Shown: positions 34,249 through 35,937 of the stretch, one piece after another
Layout: every line of letters starts with the position of its first letter
Position numbering within the stretch: the first letter of the stretch is position 1
IMG/VR virus record: IMGVR_UViG_3300031260_000049
Coordinates: 1 to 35,937 of that record
Reading direction: 5' to 3' (one strand)
From: a virus
Taxonomy: Duplodnaviria > Caudoviricetes
Length of the DNA: 35,937 nt
The notes under the pieces: model-generated
Seen by the model: only the letters and a program-made list of their open reading frames with translations
Database searches by the model: none
What the model was told of the DNA's origin: nothing
Position numbers and translations under genes: made by a program

Positions 34249-34986
34249 TTACGCCCTCCGTCCCGGAGCTCTGCCGGTAAAAAGCCGGCGCGATCCCCAC
34301 CGGTTGAGATCGACCTCGTCCCAACCTTCGCGGCGTGCCTCTTCGCGCACCAGATCCAGGTTGACGCAGACACGCCGTGCGCTGCCGTTGGCCAATTCGT
34401 GCATCCGGACCAGAAGGTCTTCGCCGATAGCGACGTCGGGGCAGTACAGCCTGCACAGATGGGCGATATCGGTAAGGCTCACTGGCTCGGCCTGTTTCCA
34501 GTCGAGGATGCGGCCGTCGAAACGTTCCCAGCACTTGAGCTTGTTCGGCAGTTGCTCCTCGCCGAGCAGCAAAATGGCCGCGCCGCCGGCGCCCTCATGG
34601 ATATCGCGCACGATCTCGACGGCCTTTTTCTCCACCAGGTGGTCCATCTCGTCGATGATCAGCGGCCGACCCGAGAGAGCCAGCTGCTCGCTGATCTGGT
34701 CGGTCATCTCGTAGATGGTTTTGGCGGCCGGGATGCCCATCTCCCTGAGGATGGCCATCAGCACCGCCTTGCGCGTCCAGGTGCTCTTGCACTCGATGTA
34801 ATAGGCTTTGAGACGGTTGGCCACGTAGCCGGCGGCGGTGCTCTTGCCGAAACCGGAAGGGCCGGAAAAACAGACGATGCCCGGCAGATGTGGCGGCCTT
34901 TGCAGGGCGCGCTGCACCACCTCCATGCAGATGCCCACATTGGTCAGCGGGGCGACGGTGTTGACTTCGTAGCTTTCATGGGACAT
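34249..34986 (-). CDS. MuB-like AAA+ transposition ATPase
   Basis: Walker A GPSGFGKS, Walker B LIIDE, follows transposase. Confidence 0.93.
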   Translation of the reverse strand: MSHESYEVNTVAPLTNVGICMEVVQRALQRPPHLPGIVCFSGPSGFGKSTAAGYVANRLKAYYIECKSTWTRKAVLMAILREMGIPAAKTIYEMTDQISEQLALSGRPLIIDEMDHLVEKKAVEIVRDIHEGAGGAAILLLGEEQLPNKLKCWERFDGRILDWKQAEPVSLTDIAHLCRLYCPDVAIGEDLLVRMHELANGSARRVCVNLDLVREEARREGWDEVDLNRWGSRRLFTGRAPGRRA

Positions 34987-35054
34987 ACTTAAACCTCCTT
35001 TGTTTAAAGCCCCTTTCAGGGGCGATCCAAGCCGTGTTGCAGCACGGCTTTTTT
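34961..35054 (+). ncRNA. Predicted ~60-nt antisense RNA with promoter overlapping the MuB start
   Basis: TTGACT-17-CATACT (34961-34989); hairpins GCCCC/GGGGC and AAGCCGTG-TTGCAG-CACGGCTT followed by T run. Confidence 0.55.
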
Positions 35055-35055
35055 A

Positions 35056-35937
35056 TTATCCGCGCACGTAAAAGGCGCCGAAATCCTCTTCCATGGCCTG
35101 CCGCGCCCGGAATGCCGCAGTCTGGCTGTATCCCCGGTAAAACCGTTGATCTTCTTCGTTCAACATCCCGCCCGCCTGCACCTTCGCATCCAGATGTTTC
35201 CAGCGCTCGTAGGCGTCGATCGCGGGTTCTTCCGGGATCTTGGCAGCGGCCTGCCGTGCCTGTTCTTCCTCGATCTCCTGCAGCCGCGCCCGCAAAAAGG
35301 CGGTTTTATCCTGCGCGGGAGCTTCCGCGGGCCGATCCAGAGCCATGGCGGCCTCGGCGGCGGCCTCCAGACCGGCGCTTGTGTACTCCGTGGACGGTCT
35401 GGGTAGGGTAGTGATCTTGCCGGCCTTTTCCGCGGCCACAGCGCGGATCTCGTTGACGATATCGTCCACGCCGAGGCGCTTGGCTTTGGCCTTGAGTTCC
35501 GCTTTGCCTTCCTGGATCGCCTTCTTTTGCAGCTCTTTGGCCTTGGCCGCTACTTCGGCCCGGTCGATGCCGGTACGTTCCGGACACTCGGCCACGCAGA
35601 TAAACTCGTTCAACTGTTCGCCGCCGTAGACCATGATCCGCCCGAGGTCGTCCGCCACCTCCAGCACGCGCACCTCCTTGCCGATCACCGCCCACAGTTC
35701 AGGCGCGATAAACAGACCGTGATCCAGCCGGATTCCCTTTTTGCTGACGGTGCGCAACCCTTTGCCGGGAGCCTCCGATAGCAGCAGGTCGAGCGCCCGC
35801 TCGTTGCGGATCCGCTCCACCGGTTCGCGCCATTCGTTTACCATCTGATAGGGCGTCTTGCCGTTAAGGCCGTCATGCGGGCGGTGCATGTAGATGTTGC
35901 TCACCCATTCGTCGCAAAACTTCTGAAATTCTTCGGC
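35056..35937 (-). CDS. MuA-like DDE transposase, C-terminal part (5'-truncated by window)
   Basis: YMHRPHDGLNGKTP (end of integrase core), RTVSKKGIRLD, DLGRI (Mu-transposase C domain); frame open to window edge. Confidence 0.92.
   Translation of the reverse strand, partial: AEEFQKFCDEWVSNIYMHRPHDGLNGKTPYQMVNEWREPVERIRNERALDLLLSEAPGKGLRTVSKKGIRLDHGLFIAPELWAVIGKEVRVLEVADDLGRIMVYGGEQLNEFICVAECPERTGIDRAEVAAKAKELQKKAIQEGKAELKAKAKRLGVDDIVNEIRAVAAEKAGKITTLPRPSTEYTSAGLEAAAEAAMALDRPAEAPAQDKTAFLRARLQEIEEEQARQAAAKIPEEPAIDAYERWKHLDAKVQAGGMLNEEDQRFYRGYSQTAAFRARQAMEEDFGAFYVRG

Larger units (their letters stand above)
523..35937 (-). mobile_element. Mu-like transposable prophage (siphovirus-type tail), continues beyond right edge of window
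   Basis: MuA C-terminus, MuB, GemA, gp26/27/28/29/F/G/I/T/gp35-37 in Mu order; TGT terminus with tandem repeats at 523; no integrase. Confidence 0.93.

Noticed and set aside
1-35937. CRISPR array
   Set aside because: No regularly spaced direct repeats and no cas genes seen.

Overview
The first ~520 bp are host chromosome: the 3' end of a response-regulator receiver domain, then tRNA-Asn(GTT) with its promoter and terminator. From a probable TGT terminus at 523 to the window edge lies most of a transposable, Mu-like prophage, almost all on the minus strand. Reading from the right edge, it carries the MuA C-terminus, MuB and a semi-essential early region (DUF3164, GemA/gp16, Rha), then a lysis module and a Mu-type head module. 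A non-contractile (siphovirus-type) tail follows, and a D12-class adenine methyltransferase occupies the mom position. The richest signal is non-coding or below the ORF cutoff. (i) Two complete type II hammerhead ribozymes each start right after a stop codon in the early operon. (ii) A full P1/P4-style C4 antisense switch precedes a small ORF coupled to rha. (iii) An AT-rich cassette holds an XRE repressor with twin operators, an ImmA/IrrE peptidase, an unannotated 43-aa basic protein and a predicted antisense RNA. (iv) Three plus-strand promoter-to-hairpin units share a TGTTnnnGCA-capped stem, opposite the leaders of dam, the 43-aa gene and MuB. (v) There is also a -1 tail-chaperone frameshift, a capsid protein with a hydrophobic leader, and a MuF protein with a toxin-like C-terminal extension. 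All family calls come from motif recognition and synteny; no searches were run.
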